A stretch of 64,000 nucleotides of DNA from a virus (IMGVR_UViG_3300044638_008494:1-64000); one strand, 5' to 3'. Shown: positions 27,462 through 37,707, counted from the stretch's first letter. The notes: generated by a model not told the origin, from the letters alone. Numbers and translations are program-made.

Positions 27462-28190
27462 TTAGCGTATGCATTCTATATCAAATAATTTATATGATTT
27501 ATCTATATGTTCTTGATCGTGAATAGAATTTCCATAAAATTTAAACCATTCATATTTAAATCCTTCTTTTTCTAGCTTGTGCCACCATAGCCTTTCGGAC
27601 CCTGGCTGGTAATAATTTAATTTATCCATTTCAAAATAGCAATCTGCTGTAATATCCATCCACTTTGGGCTTGTATAAAAAAAATAATCTGCCGGAACAG
27701 CGTTCCTGCTTGATGGCTGCGCTGGGCCTTTAAAATGATGAATCCATATAGAGTCTTCTGTTACCATTTCTGCATATTCCATTTTAAATTCTGAGCCAAG
27801 AACAGGGGAATATCTATCAGATGGTGACGGATTAACAAGTCTAATATCTGGCCTATGACATATTATAATATCATAATTTATATTATTTTTTTCTTGATAT
27901 TTTTTCCGTAATTCATTACATTTATATCTAGATGTAAAGTGAGGTATCATGGTTTGCATTGGCTGGTAATTATAATGCAAATCTTCTATCTCATATTCTT
28001 TGGGCTGGTAAAGATCGATATACTCTTCACAGCTTCCATCAGTAATAACATCAGGACGCTCATTGCCGTGAAGCCTCCAAGTATGAATGAATATATCTGG
28101 ATTTAATGTATCTAAAATATTTTTTTTGAAAGCATCATAGCATCTTTTGAAAGATCTTGGGTTTGCCGCCATTTGAACTGCTATTTTCAT
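27462..28190 (-). CDS. phage glycosyltransferase-like protein
   Basis: MKIAV..PR..DIFIHTW..YDIII.HRPDI pattern seen in viral glycan clusters. Confidence 0.6.
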   Translation of the reverse strand: MKIAVQMAANPRSFKRCYDAFKKNILDTLNPDIFIHTWRLHGNERPDVITDGSCEEYIDLYQPKEYEIEDLHYNYQPMQTMIPHFTSRYKCNELRKKYQEKNNINYDIIICHRPDIRLVNPSPSDRYSPVLGSEFKMEYAEMVTEDSIWIHHFKGPAQPSSRNAVPADYFFYTSPKWMDITADCYFEMDKLNYYQPGSERLWWHKLEKEGFKYEWFKFYGNSIHDQEHIDKSYKLFDIECIR

Positions 28191-28858
28191 ATATCTTTAT
28201 ACCTTAATTCTTGAGGTATCTTAGCGTGCTCAATATAAAAAAAACTTTCATGTAAGAAAAGTCCTTGCATAAAATTATTATAATTTGATGGATGCGGTAT
28301 ATTTAGATTGATTTGGCACCAATTTTTTTCTTGTAAAAATGGTATTGATAGTTTTGTTTTTTGCCCTAAATCATCAAGCAATATAATTGTTTTATTATGA
28401 ATCTTATCGAATGCGGCCTCTATTTCTTTAAGCTGATGCTCTGCTGATCCAGAAACATGGCTATCTACAGAATCTAAATATAAAAAATCAATTCTTTCTT
28501 TAAAGTTTTTTAAAAAATTAATAGAATCATCAATCACATATTCAACATATTCATTATATTCCTCTGTAGCAATTTTGCAATTTTCTATATTTTGACTGTC
28601 TATATCGCATGTCCATACGCGCCCGCTTCCGACAGAATTGCAAAAATTAGAAAATAAAACAGTTGAGCAGCCATCAGCGGCCCTATCTTCAATATTTGGA
28701 TGGGTTTTATGATTCTTTCTGCACGTACCAGTTTCAACAAAATTAATAGGTCTGCCTTGATTAATTAAATATACAGCCATTTTCATGGTTGCTAAACGCG
28801 ATCCTAATGATCGATCGCCATTTTCGTATCTCTTAAAAAACTGTTCTAAGTTGATCAT
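28187..28858 (-). CDS. Methyltransf_24-like methyltransferase
   Basis: VETG, WTCDID, DSINFL, IDFLYLDS, ILLDD. Confidence 0.82.
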   Translation of the reverse strand: MINLEQFFKRYENGDRSLGSRLATMKMAVYLINQGRPINFVETGTCRKNHKTHPNIEDRAADGCSTVLFSNFCNSVGSGRVWTCDIDSQNIENCKIATEEYNEYVEYVIDDSINFLKNFKERIDFLYLDSVDSHVSGSAEHQLKEIEAAFDKIHNKTIILLDDLGQKTKLSIPFLQEKNWCQINLNIPHPSNYNNFMQGLFLHESFFYIEHAKIPQELRYKDI

Positions 28859-29442
28859 TTTTTAATAATAAATTGCCATCCTCTATGACAGTTTTCATCA
28901 GGTCTCGATGATGATGAAAAAGTATGATTGTAATATCCTCTTTCATCGGCTATTTCTTTATACCTTAGCAAGTTTTTAAATTCACAAACATCATGAAAGA
29001 ACATAAATGAATTAGGCTTCATAATATCGAAAACTTTCTCTGCCCATAAATGTGCCCTACCATGATCTGCGTCTGAAACTAAGAAATCATATGTTTCATT
29101 TTGAGAATTCATAACAAAATCTTTTTCATCTATAGGAGCTATGATATTAGCGCCATTAGATTCTAAGTATTCTAATTTCTCTTTTGGCAGATTGCCACCT
29201 AAATCATGCAGATTATCTATGCAGGTTAATTGACCTACTCCATTATATTTAATTCCTGCGCATAATATTTCTGAAGCAAATGCTGGACCAATTCCAAGCT
29301 CTAAAACATTTTTAGGCTTTATCGATGTTATTGCGCCCAATAAAAATATTCCATGGCATAAATCTACTGAAGCTGTGTGTATGTGGCCTCTACTTTTTAG
29401 TACGCCCTCTATTGATGTTAAAATGTTATCTATATTATTCAT
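28855..29442 (-). CDS. Methyltransf_24-like O-methyltransferase
   Basis: PKNVLELGIG, YDFLVSDADH, FFHD. Confidence 0.82.
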   Translation of the reverse strand: MNNIDNILTSIEGVLKSRGHIHTASVDLCHGIFLLGAITSIKPKNVLELGIGPAFASEILCAGIKYNGVGQLTCIDNLHDLGGNLPKEKLEYLESNGANIIAPIDEKDFVMNSQNETYDFLVSDADHGRAHLWAEKVFDIMKPNSFMFFHDVCEFKNLLRYKEIADERGYYNHTFSSSSRPDENCHRGWQFIIKK

Positions 29443-29447
29443 TTGAG

Positions 29448-30116
29448 TTATTTTAATACTAATTCTTTGTATTTTCTAAAATGTTCTAATCTTTTATGAA
29501 ATAAATCTGGACCAAAGCCAGGTATATGAATTATAAAATCTCCAGACTCCCAGTCTCCATTTACTCCGAGCCAATCATTTAAACCATTTGGGTGACCATA
29601 TACACCACTATATGGGTATGCGTTCATTAGTTTTTGAGGTATAACTTTAATTGTTTTTTTAAACTGTTCGTCTTTATATGTCGCAAATATTGCGGTTTGC
29701 TCTTCGCCAAATAAAAACTTGTTTTGGGGAGCAAGCTCATACATTTTAGATTTTAAATGTTTAATATACTCTTTTCCTTCTTTTGAATTTCTTACCAAGA
29801 ATACGCCAGCATTTACATCGCCACCATAATCAGCGCAGATAATAAAATGATAATTTTCATCTATTACTTCTTCTATTTTTTTGTTAAAATTAGTAAATAA
29901 GGTGTCATTATCAGCCCACAATATCCAATCATACTGTTCGGACTCTAACAGGCTATCAATAAAAATAATTTTATCAAATCCTAAATAATCCCAGCTTTGG
30001 TGCTGTAAAATACCAAAATAATTATGTTTTCTGCAATATTCTAATTTATTGGGCCAAGTTATATTTGTAAGTTCGTCCATATTCGGAGTTGCTATACTGG
30101 CTACTGCAATTTTCAT
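29448..30116 (-). CDS. GT34 (Mnn10/Gma12-like) glycosyltransferase
   Basis: NKLEYC.KHNY, WILWADND (DxD), NAGVFLVRN, EQ, GDFIIH.PG. Confidence 0.85.
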   Translation of the reverse strand: MKIAVASIATPNMDELTNITWPNKLEYCRKHNYFGILQHQSWDYLGFDKIIFIDSLLESEQYDWILWADNDTLFTNFNKKIEEVIDENYHFIICADYGGDVNAGVFLVRNSKEGKEYIKHLKSKMYELAPQNKFLFGEEQTAIFATYKDEQFKKTIKVIPQKLMNAYPYSGVYGHPNGLNDWLGVNGDWESGDFIIHIPGFGPDLFHKRLEHFRKYKELVLK

Positions 30117-30119
30117 AAT

Positions 30120-30770
30120 TTAGTTCGGTATAAGTAAAAATCCTTGATGTGTTTTTTCTGGGGGATTATAGTCAGAATTTAAATCGTTAAAAATATTTTT
30201 AGCGGGGTCTAGAATTGAATAATTAAATTTTTTAAGATTATTGAAATCAAACCCACCTTCCTCAGGCCATTTCCAATGAGGATTGTCTGGGTAGTTTTGT
30301 ATTGAGTTTCCTCGTGGAGCAGCATGTATCTCTACATAAATAATAGGCCTGACGCTATTAAATAAAAATTCAAATGTTTTAAGAACTATACTTTCCATGC
30401 CTTCGACATCTAGCTTGACAAAGTTTGGTAGTGGAATATTATTTTCTTTTATAAAATTTTCTAAATTTACATATTTTATATATTGTACTGTATCTAGGGT
30501 AACTCCATCCTCTTTATAATCTGTTTTGCAATCTTTAAATCTAGTAAAGCATTCATATGAAGACTCGTGAAGCGCCACATCGTAACATTTAATTCCAAGA
30601 TGTTCGCAATTTGATTTTAATATTGGAAAATTGTTTGGAGATGGCTCGAATGCATAAACTTCTGCCCCTGAACTTTTCATTTGAACTGAAATTTCTCCGA
30701 TATGAGCCCCTATATCATAGCAGATAGAGTTTGGAGATATGTATTCTTTGTATAGATTGAATTCGCTCAT
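30120..30770 (-). CDS. FkbM-family methyltransferase
   Basis: YDIGAHIG, AFEP, VKLDVEG.E. Confidence 0.9.
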   Translation of the reverse strand: MSEFNLYKEYISPNSICYDIGAHIGEISVQMKSSGAEVYAFEPSPNNFPILKSNCEHLGIKCYDVALHESSYECFTRFKDCKTDYKEDGVTLDTVQYIKYVNLENFIKENNIPLPNFVKLDVEGMESIVLKTFEFLFNSVRPIIYVEIHAAPRGNSIQNYPDNPHWKWPEEGGFDFNNLKKFNYSILDPAKNIFNDLNSDYNPPEKTHQGFLLIPN

Positions 30771-31702
30771 GATGTTTTTTCTGTATTAATGCTATAATTT
30801 CTTTTTACCGCCTGCAATTCAAAATCTTTCAAGTATGGAGCAAGTATATAGCCCTTATCTTTTTTTAATATATTATTGGCTATCGTATTAATTCCCGAAG
30901 CGTCCCAATTTAATGGGAAGCATGTTTCGGAGAACATTAACCATCTTATTTGATGGCTTGGAATAGATGTAAATGGCTGTTGAGAATGTTTTGAGAATGT
31001 AAGTGTAGGTATTCCGTAACCGTATGCTATATATCGAAACCCACTGTCTGTAGCTATCATCATCGTGGCATTAGAAATTAACGAACATACATCTTCTATA
31101 GGGCCATTAAAAATTTCAACATTAGGAAGATTTTTGACATCTTCATAAAATTTATTAGTATCGCTTGTAGAAATAATAACGCATTTATTACTTTCTGACA
31201 ATAAGGATATTAATTTTGTAATATACCAGTCTTCAAGCCTATGACCAGCTGATGTGGATGATACAAGATGTAAAACAATATAATTCCCCCTATCATTGTT
31301 AACTTTAAGTTCTGGTTTTGGAAAAAATTTAAAGTACCTTAACCAATCAAAATCATACCCTGTCCACTTTAAAGAGTCTATGTGGAGATCATAAAATTTA
31401 TCATATGATTCCATTTCAGACCTAATTTCGTCAGGGACATTTTCTAATGCACCATAATAATTATCTGTTCCAAACTGACAGTCAACCCAAAATTCTTTGT
31501 ATTTTTTATTTGGTATAATTTTGATTTCTTTATAAAACGATGGATATAAACATTCTATAACTTCTTTTTGGAATGTTTTTCCTTCACTATCAATATATGC
31601 TGTTATAGAAGAGTCTGGGTATTTTTCTTTAATAGCCGTAGCAAATCTGTGTCCAAGCAAGCAGTCTCCGGCGCCGCCTTCTAGCCTAACAGATATATTC
31701 AT
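30767..31702 (-). CDS. GT9-like glycosyltransferase
   Basis: EGGAGD, YIVLH, IATDSG..IA..GIPTL. Confidence 0.75.
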   Translation of the reverse strand: MNISVRLEGGAGDCLLGHRFATAIKEKYPDSSITAYIDSEGKTFQKEVIECLYPSFYKEIKIIPNKKYKEFWVDCQFGTDNYYGALENVPDEIRSEMESYDKFYDLHIDSLKWTGYDFDWLRYFKFFPKPELKVNNDRGNYIVLHLVSSTSAGHRLEDWYITKLISLLSESNKCVIISTSDTNKFYEDVKNLPNVEIFNGPIEDVCSLISNATMMIATDSGFRYIAYGYGIPTLTFSKHSQQPFTSIPSHQIRWLMFSETCFPLNWDASGINTIANNILKKDKGYILAPYLKDFELQAVKRNYSINTEKTS

Positions 31703-32073
31703 TTTTGACTATTTCCTTTTTCTATTCTATAGCTGTCACAATCATCATGATGGGTGGATATTTCAACTATAGCGCTATCTTCAATGGCTTCTATTTTATG
31801 TGGGTTGTATTGCGGTATATCTACAACATCTCCAGCACGCAAATATTCACATTTGGCTTCTGCATTGGTCAAATCAAAATAATCTAATCTTAGGTGACCT
31901 TTTAAAACATAAAAAGTTTCTTCTTTGTTGACATGATAATGCATTGAAAATTTGGCACCAGCATTAAATTCTAAAATTTTACCACAATATTTATCATTAT
32001 TGACAATCCATAATTCTTGCCCCCATCCTTTTTGAACAACCCTATCTAACGGTCTTATTTTTATTTGTTTCAT
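31699..32073 (-). CDS. cupin (mannose-6-phosphate isomerase-like)
   Basis: KGWGQE, SMHYH..KEETFYV, H.IEA..EIST. Confidence 0.85.
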   Translation of the reverse strand: MKQIKIRPLDRVVQKGWGQELWIVNNDKYCGKILEFNAGAKFSMHYHVNKEETFYVLKGHLRLDYFDLTNAEAKCEYLRAGDVVDIPQYNPHKIEAIEDSAIVEISTHHDDCDSYRIEKGNSQK

Positions 32074-32459
32074 GTTGTTATTTTTAATCCGGTTTTATTT
32101 TCAAGCTTTTTAATTCTTTCTTTTCTTTCTTTTTTAATAACATCAGGATGTTTCGCGCCCTTCCTTTTGCCAGAGTAGTCTTTGTAATACTTCTGCTTGA
32201 TTGGGTCATTAAAGCCACCACGCTTGTCGCTTAATTCTTTAGAATAATCTTGTATGTCTCCTATAGTTCCGCGCATTTTTCCAGTTTTTTCGATAAATGC
32301 TGTTTCAGAAGATATTTGAGTATCTATTGATGCATTTGGAGCATAAAATATTCTTCTTAATTTTTTTCCATTATGATAATATTCATGAACATCATTCATA
32401 CCTTGAACTACATCATGAACTTCGCCACTATCATCATCAATGTAAGAATATATTGGCAT
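32070..32459 (-). CDS. FmdB-like protein with Cys-less ribbon
   Basis: MPIYSY....GE..DV...M start typical of FmdB family but without CxxC. Confidence 0.55.
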   Translation of the reverse strand: MPIYSYIDDDSGEVHDVVQGMNDVHEYYHNGKKLRRIFYAPNASIDTQISSETAFIEKTGKMRGTIGDIQDYSKELSDKRGGFNDPIKQKYYKDYSGKRKGAKHPDVIKKERKERIKKLENKTGLKITT

Positions 32460-32680
32460 TACTTATAGTCTTTACTATTTCTTATAACTTCATGTTTTGG
32501 AGTAATTCTTCTCCAAGAGCCATCTGGCATAATTTTGTAAGATCTATCAGAATGCTTGATAATATTTCCAGAGTTTTCTTTCAAGAAATCATTCCTAGTA
32601 TGATCAGCAAGTTTTTGTTTTAGCTCTTCTTTATACTTATTGTATTTTTGAATTTCTTTATTTTTGCTTTTTGATCCCAT
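32459..32680 (-). CDS. small basic hypothetical protein
   Basis: 73-aa ORF coupled to neighbours. Confidence 0.6.
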   Translation of the reverse strand: MGSKSKNKEIQKYNKYKEELKQKLADHTRNDFLKENSGNIIKHSDRSYKIMPDGSWRRITPKHEVIRNSKDYK

Positions 32681-32681
32681 A

Positions 32682-33758
32682 TTATTTAATATTTTCTAGT
32701 ATTAGATTGGTTGTTTTTTCCCATGTAAACTGTTCTTGTAGTTTCAAGCCAGCTTTATTTACTGGGTTGGATTTTGCTTTTTCAATAGCAACATCACATG
32801 CATCTAAAAATTCATCTACCGAGAAATCAAAAATATTTCCTTGATTAAAGGGCTGCCCTTCTCTGAAGAACATATTGTCATAGGCTGGCGTCTTTCCGTT
32901 TGGAGTTATACAAATGGTATTTTCATCAGTCATCCATTCTTTATAACCATGAGCTTTTAATCCAATGCAATGCTTTCCAAGGGCAACAGATGTAAATTCT
33001 GGTAGCCCCCATGTCTCTCCACCAGACATTGCTATCATAACGTGATTGGCATTTAAGAATTTATTATAATCTTCTTGCTTTTCCATCCATGGCAAAAAGT
33101 TTATATTGAAGAATCTCTTACCTTCAAGAGCCTGACCAATCATTGCGCTTTGATCTTCTTGTTTGAGAAAATTGTTATAAATAGCACAGTTTAAAAATAC
33201 ATCATGTCGATTGCCATATTTTTTTGCCCAAGCGTTTAATATTTTTAGATGGTGTTTTCTTTTTTCTAGCTTACCTGCTAGGCCAAAACAAATTCTATTA
33301 TCGGGATAATTAACATTGCTTACACTAAATGAGCTTGCATCGAATCCTAATGGAATAGTTTTGCATTTGATATCAAAGCTAGAAAACAAATCCGTATAAT
33401 GACTAGATGGAACAAAAACCATTTCTTGATTTTTTAATATATTAAGCTCTCTGGATGTCGGACTATCAAGTTCATAGAACGTATACAAATATTGCTTTTC
33501 AGAATAACTTTCCATACTTCCCATAATATGCCAAAGCTTGACAACTGGGGTATTTCTTGAGTGCAACTCTTCAGCCTTTATTGAATTTTCAACAATCCAT
33601 TTTACAAAACCCTGCTCTTTTTCAAGCATGCTATGGTCTGGCTGGCCAATATGAAAAATGTTTGGCTTTATATCTTTTTTATAGATTTCTCTGGCAATAT
33701 TATTTGAGCATTGCCCCAAACTTGTTTTGTTAAATGGAAAATGTAAAGAAAATTTCAT
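32682..33758 (-). CDS. GT4-like (GT-B) glycosyltransferase
   Basis: VPSS, PLGFD, GKLEKRK, GETWGLP, FTW. Confidence 0.85.
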   Translation of the reverse strand: MKFSLHFPFNKTSLGQCSNNIAREIYKKDIKPNIFHIGQPDHSMLEKEQGFVKWIVENSIKAEELHSRNTPVVKLWHIMGSMESYSEKQYLYTFYELDSPTSRELNILKNQEMVFVPSSHYTDLFSSFDIKCKTIPLGFDASSFSVSNVNYPDNRICFGLAGKLEKRKHHLKILNAWAKKYGNRHDVFLNCAIYNNFLKQEDQSAMIGQALEGKRFFNINFLPWMEKQEDYNKFLNANHVMIAMSGGETWGLPEFTSVALGKHCIGLKAHGYKEWMTDENTICITPNGKTPAYDNMFFREGQPFNQGNIFDFSVDEFLDACDVAIEKAKSNPVNKAGLKLQEQFTWEKTTNLILENIK

Positions 33759-33763
33759 AAACG

Positions 33764-33792
33764 ATAATATGCTTTGTATAAAAAAAATCTAA
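33764..33792 (-). promoter_or_regulatory. promoter with TATTAT -10, 5 nt before ATG
   Basis: TAGATT or TTAGAT at 16/17 spacing from TATTAT. Confidence 0.45.
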
Positions 33793-33821
33793 AAAAAAAT
33801 AGGCCCAAAAGGGCCTATTTT
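33791..33821 (-). terminator. intrinsic terminator after the ssb-like gene
   Basis: AAAATAGGCCC-AAAA-GGGCCTATTTT hairpin followed by a long U tract on the minus strand. Confidence 0.8.
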
Positions 33822-33840
33822 CATTAATTTACAACAATAA

Positions 33841-34134
33841 TCAAAACGGAATATCGTCGTTGTTAGACTCAACCTCATCATTTTGAGGTTTAGATGCCTT
33901 GCCTCCACCATCTTTTGCTGAAGAAGGTTTTAATGCCTCTTCTAGCTCAGAAAGAACTAGCCTATAATCTGGTTGATTTGGCTTTGTCTTATTATTCTTG
34001 AAGATAAATGCAGTATAATCATTACTGCCTATCTTTACCTTTCCAGATAGAAAGGTCTTTCCATTTTTTTCTTTTTTCCAGAAAGCTCCAATATCGGTTA
34101 GATCAGAGTTTCTATTTTCTGTATTTGTGCTCAT
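33841..34134 (-). CDS. DUF736-like ssDNA-binding protein with SSB C-terminal tail
   Basis: IGAFWK..FLSG..N..K..NQPDYR; acidic tail ending DDIPF. Confidence 0.75.
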   Translation of the reverse strand: MSTNTENRNSDLTDIGAFWKKEKNGKTFLSGKVKIGSNDYTAFIFKNNKTKPNQPDYRLVLSELEEALKPSSAKDGGGKASKPQNDEVESNNDDIPF

Positions 34135-34137
34135 AAA

Positions 34138-34743
34138 TTATAATATATCCATTGTTGTTGATGATTTCAATTTATTTCTTAAAAAGTCTATAAATTTATC
34201 ATGCCAGTTTACGACTGTTTGCGTAGATACTCCAAAATGGTCTGCTATTTGTTTGAATGTTTTTACTTTTTGTCCGCTGGAAAAATATCTCATTTTAATT
34301 ACTTCTTTTGCTGTTTCATCAGATGACAGATCTATAATGTCTTCGATATATTGAAGTATCTCCTTGTCTTTTTGGATGAGATCATTCTGTGCGGCAAAAT
34401 GATTGTCAGTTAAATAGTTTAGGATATCATCATTTAAATTTGTGTATTTCTTATTAGCATTGCATGCGTTTAGGCATGCGTATGTAATAACGTTACCGAG
34501 CCATGTAGAAAATTTTGTCCCACAAGAAGGATCGAATGTTTTTGCTGCATGGTAAATTAAAGAGTCTTTTTGCTCTTCTACATCCCTAGCGATTGTAGAA
34601 GTATTGTTGTAAAAATACTTATTATATATCTTGTAACAAATACCTGAATGTCTAGATATTAGCACGTTTAGCGCATCTGAGTTTTCATCTGATTTTACCT
34701 TAGTTATCAATTCTTGATCGTCTATAAATTTATCTGTTTCCAT
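34138..34743 (-). CDS. phage RNA polymerase sigma factor (sigma70 family, regions 2 and 4)
   Basis: FDPSCGTKFSTW (region 2), TFKQIADHFGVSTQTV HTH (region 4). Confidence 0.88.
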   Translation of the reverse strand: METDKFIDDQELITKVKSDENSDALNVLISRHSGICYKIYNKYFYNNTSTIARDVEEQKDSLIYHAAKTFDPSCGTKFSTWLGNVITYACLNACNANKKYTNLNDDILNYLTDNHFAAQNDLIQKDKEILQYIEDIIDLSSDETAKEVIKMRYFSSGQKVKTFKQIADHFGVSTQTVVNWHDKFIDFLRNKLKSSTTMDIL

Positions 34744-34749
34744 AAGTTG

Positions 34750-34778
34750 ATGTTATACAATATTTTATTCTGAGTCTA
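34750..34778 (-). promoter_or_regulatory. promoter TAGACT-17-TAACAT, 6 nt before sigma ATG
   Basis: Hexamer similarity and spacing. Confidence 0.45.
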
Positions 34779-34900
34779 TTTAAAAAATATAAAAACGCAA
34801 AGCGTTTTTGCGGCTTTGCCGCATTCTTTTTTCTCAATAAACATTATTTATTAATAACATGTTTTTTTAGAAAAGTCAATATTATTTTATATAATCGGAT

Positions 34901-35266
34901 ATGTTAGAAAATATAGTAATCACCTGCTTTGTAATATCCATTATACAGTATTATATGTATATGACAAATGTAATTTGGGAATATTTAAACTTGTTATCGA
35001 AAATTATAAAAATTCCTAAATTTTTTGAAGGCACAATGCTTATTAGCGCTGCAAAGCTAGAGCCAAATTATTTAATGTTTATTAATTCAGTATATAATAA
35101 CTTTTTTACAAAATTAATTTCATGCCCTATATGTACAGGGTTTTGGATGTCTGTTATTGCATCATTATTGCTTGGTAATATACTTTTATTCGGGCCAATA
35201 GCTTACGTATCATTATGTCTTTATTTTTCAATAAAACTTTTGACAAATAGATCCTATAGAATATAA
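34901..35266 (+). CDS. small membrane protein with CPIC motif (DUF1360-like)
   Basis: Hydrophobic segments, LISCPICTGFW. Confidence 0.65.
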   Translation: MLENIVITCFVISIIQYYMYMTNVIWEYLNLLSKIIKIPKFFEGTMLISAAKLEPNYLMFINSVYNNFFTKLISCPICTGFWMSVIASLLLGNILLFGPIAYVSLCLYFSIKLLTNRSYRI

Positions 35267-35267
35267 T
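35240..35267 (+). promoter_or_regulatory. consensus promoter TTGACA-16-TATAAT, 5 nt before ATG
   Basis: Both hexamers perfect. Confidence 0.75.
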
Positions 35268-35272
35268 CGTTC

Positions 35273-35755
35273 ATGCAAAAATCTTTATCTTTTTACAAGC
35301 CAAATAGCTACAATAAAGGATCTGCTGGTCAGTTCCAATATGGAGCAAAAGACGGCGATTTTGGATTATATGTCAGCATAGTTAAACAGGCTGCATGGAA
35401 TACAGATACAAAAAGGGGGTCTTTTTCTGAAAACGCTAAGAATCCATCTAAAAATAAGAAAATAAAACTTAACGCTACAGAAGCTGCGGCTATGTCTAGG
35501 GTTATCTTGTGTGATGTTGACAAGTGGTCTAGCGTTCATAGAAGTGAATCCAAAACAACATCTATAATGTTTTCTCACTATATAAAGGATAATGCCAAAC
35601 TAGGGTATGGATTTTCTATATCAGAAAAGGATGGGGAATCATTCATGCTCAGTTTAAATAATGACGAGGGCTATGTTTTAAAGAATTTTCTTGAAGAATA
35701 TATCAAATTCACATTTAATAAGCAGCAACTTAATACACAACAAGAAAAGTTTTAA
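35273..35755 (+). CDS. hypothetical, possible Whirly/PC4-like nucleic-acid-binding fold
   Basis: Two repeats of beta strands followed by L...E helix (KIKLNATEAAAM; MLSLNNDEGYVL); fold is inference. Confidence 0.45.
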   Translation: MQKSLSFYKPNSYNKGSAGQFQYGAKDGDFGLYVSIVKQAAWNTDTKRGSFSENAKNPSKNKKIKLNATEAAAMSRVILCDVDKWSSVHRSESKTTSIMFSHYIKDNAKLGYGFSISEKDGESFMLSLNNDEGYVLKNFLEEYIKFTFNKQQLNTQQEKF

Positions 35756-37707
35756 TGAGAAAGAAAAGAGTTTTGTTTTTAACTGACTATTCCGGAGTAA
35801 ATACCGGTTTTGGTAAAAATATAAAATTACTATTATCGTATTTATATAAAACCAATAAATACGAATTATTTCACGCCGCATGTGGAGTCGGAGATAATAA
35901 TCCAGAATTTGAACGCTTTCCTTGGAAAACTATTGGAGTCATACCAAATGATCAGGCATTTATTCAAAAAATGCAGCAAGATCAGCATTTCGCTCGAATT
36001 GCCAGCTATGGAGAGCCACAGATAGCAAAGATTGTAGAAGAAACAAAGCCAGATGTGGTATTTGCCATTCAAGATAGTTGGGGGGCGCTATTTGTTGCTG
36101 ACAAGCCATTCTTCAAAAGAATTCCAACAGTTTGCTGGATTACTTTTGATAGCTTGCCATTATTGCAAGATACCATTGATAAAGCAGACAAGATCCAGAA
36201 CTACTGGACATGGTCTGATTTTGCAGAGCATGAATTTCATAGATTGGGATTCAAGCATGTTAAAACGCAATATCCATTAACAAACACTGACCATTTCTAT
36301 CCAATAAGTAACGAAGATAAGTTTAATATTAGAAAAAGGTTTGGAATATCTCAAGATTGCACTATTTTTGGTTTTGTTTTTAGAAATCAATTGCGAAAAT
36401 TAGTTGGCACCTTGATAGCTGGATATGCAGAATTTTTAAAGCATAATCCCGATATGGTAAACAAATCAAAACTACTTCTTCACACCCATTTCGGAGAAGG
36501 ATGGGATATAATGAGATTTGTTAAACAATACAACATACCATTTGAAAATATACTTTGCACATATGTTTGTAAAGAAACAAAACAATATTTTATACATCCG
36601 TATGTAGGCCAAGATGTCGAAAATCCTATTACAAAAAATAAAACTCTCATCACTGCAAACGTTTCAATCGGAGTTACTGATGCTCAATTAAACGAGATTT
36701 ACAACATAATGGATGCATATCTACACCCTGCCACCTCTGGGGCGTGCGAAATTCCTATTGTTGAAGCTGCGCTAACTGAAAAGATAGTATCCACATGTGA
36801 TTATTCTTTTGGGTGGAATGTAGTCAACCATAATAAAGGCTGTATCCCTATGGAGTATTCATTTTACAATGAACCTCCTATGGGATCAAATACGCAGTTT
36901 TTAAAATCTCAACCATTCCCCTCTTCTGTGGCAAAAATAATGAAAAAAATTTGCGAAATGAAAACGCAAAAGAGAAGAGAAATGGAGATGGCGTCTAGAA
37001 AATGGGCTTTAGAAAACTATTCGGTTGATGTAAATGGTAGCAAAATAGAGGCATTTATTGATAGTCAAAATCTTATTGAAGATGAGAATGCATGGCTTGA
37101 TAAAGAAGACAAAAAAATAAATCCAAATGTTCAAATTGAAAATATCCAAGATAACTTGCAATGGATTGTTCAACTTTACAACAAAATATTAGATGCTCAT
37201 CCTGATAATAATGATGACGGCGTAAAACATTGGATGACTCAATTGGAAAGGGGCATGCCTAGAGAAAATATAGAAAAATATTTTAGAGATATTGCCAATA
37301 AGGACATGCAAAAAGAAGAGAAATCTTCTTCCTTAGAAGATCTGTTTGATAAAGATGATAAGGCAAACAAATTGAAAAGATTGCTAATAGTTCAGCCGCA
37401 AAGTGCTGGTGACATATTTTTAGTAACGGCACTTTTGGAATCCTTGAGATTAAAATTTCAATCAGATAAGTGGAAAATTTACTTTGCGTGTGACCCAAAA
37501 TTTGCAGATATTTTATTCGGAAATCAAAATATAGACAAAATTATCCCATATCATCAAATTATGGATAATCAAATTGCAATGGAGGGTCACGGCGATCATC
37601 TTGGTTATGTTGATATATGTTTAAATCCATATTTTTCAACACAAAGACTTTTAAATTATACCCACAATGGATATAGTATTTGTCAATTTGATAATAAACT
37701 TAATTAA
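35755..37707 (+). CDS. fusion: GT4-like glycosyltransferase + DUF4214-like helical domain + GT9 N-terminal domain
   Basis: TGFG..RNQLRK..EIPIVEA (GT4); LYNKIL..PD...G..HW..L..G (DUF4214); QSAGDIFL.TALL..N.NIDKII (GT9-N). Confidence 0.8.
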   Translation: MRKKRVLFLTDYSGVNTGFGKNIKLLLSYLYKTNKYELFHAACGVGDNNPEFERFPWKTIGVIPNDQAFIQKMQQDQHFARIASYGEPQIAKIVEETKPDVVFAIQDSWGALFVADKPFFKRIPTVCWITFDSLPLLQDTIDKADKIQNYWTWSDFAEHEFHRLGFKHVKTQYPLTNTDHFYPISNEDKFNIRKRFGISQDCTIFGFVFRNQLRKLVGTLIAGYAEFLKHNPDMVNKSKLLLHTHFGEGWDIMRFVKQYNIPFENILCTYVCKETKQYFIHPYVGQDVENPITKNKTLITANVSIGVTDAQLNEIYNIMDAYLHPATSGACEIPIVEAALTEKIVSTCDYSFGWNVVNHNKGCIPMEYSFYNEPPMGSNTQFLKSQPFPSSVAKIMKKICEMKTQKRREMEMASRKWALENYSVDVNGSKIEAFIDSQNLIEDENAWLDKEDKKINPNVQIENIQDNLQWIVQLYNKILDAHPDNNDDGVKHWMTQLERGMPRENIEKYFRDIANKDMQKEEKSSSLEDLFDKDDKANKLKRLLIVQPQSAGDIFLVTALLESLRLKFQSDKWKIYFACDPKFADILFGNQNIDKIIPYHQIMDNQIAMEGHGDHLGYVDICLNPYFSTQRLLNYTHNGYSICQFDNKLN

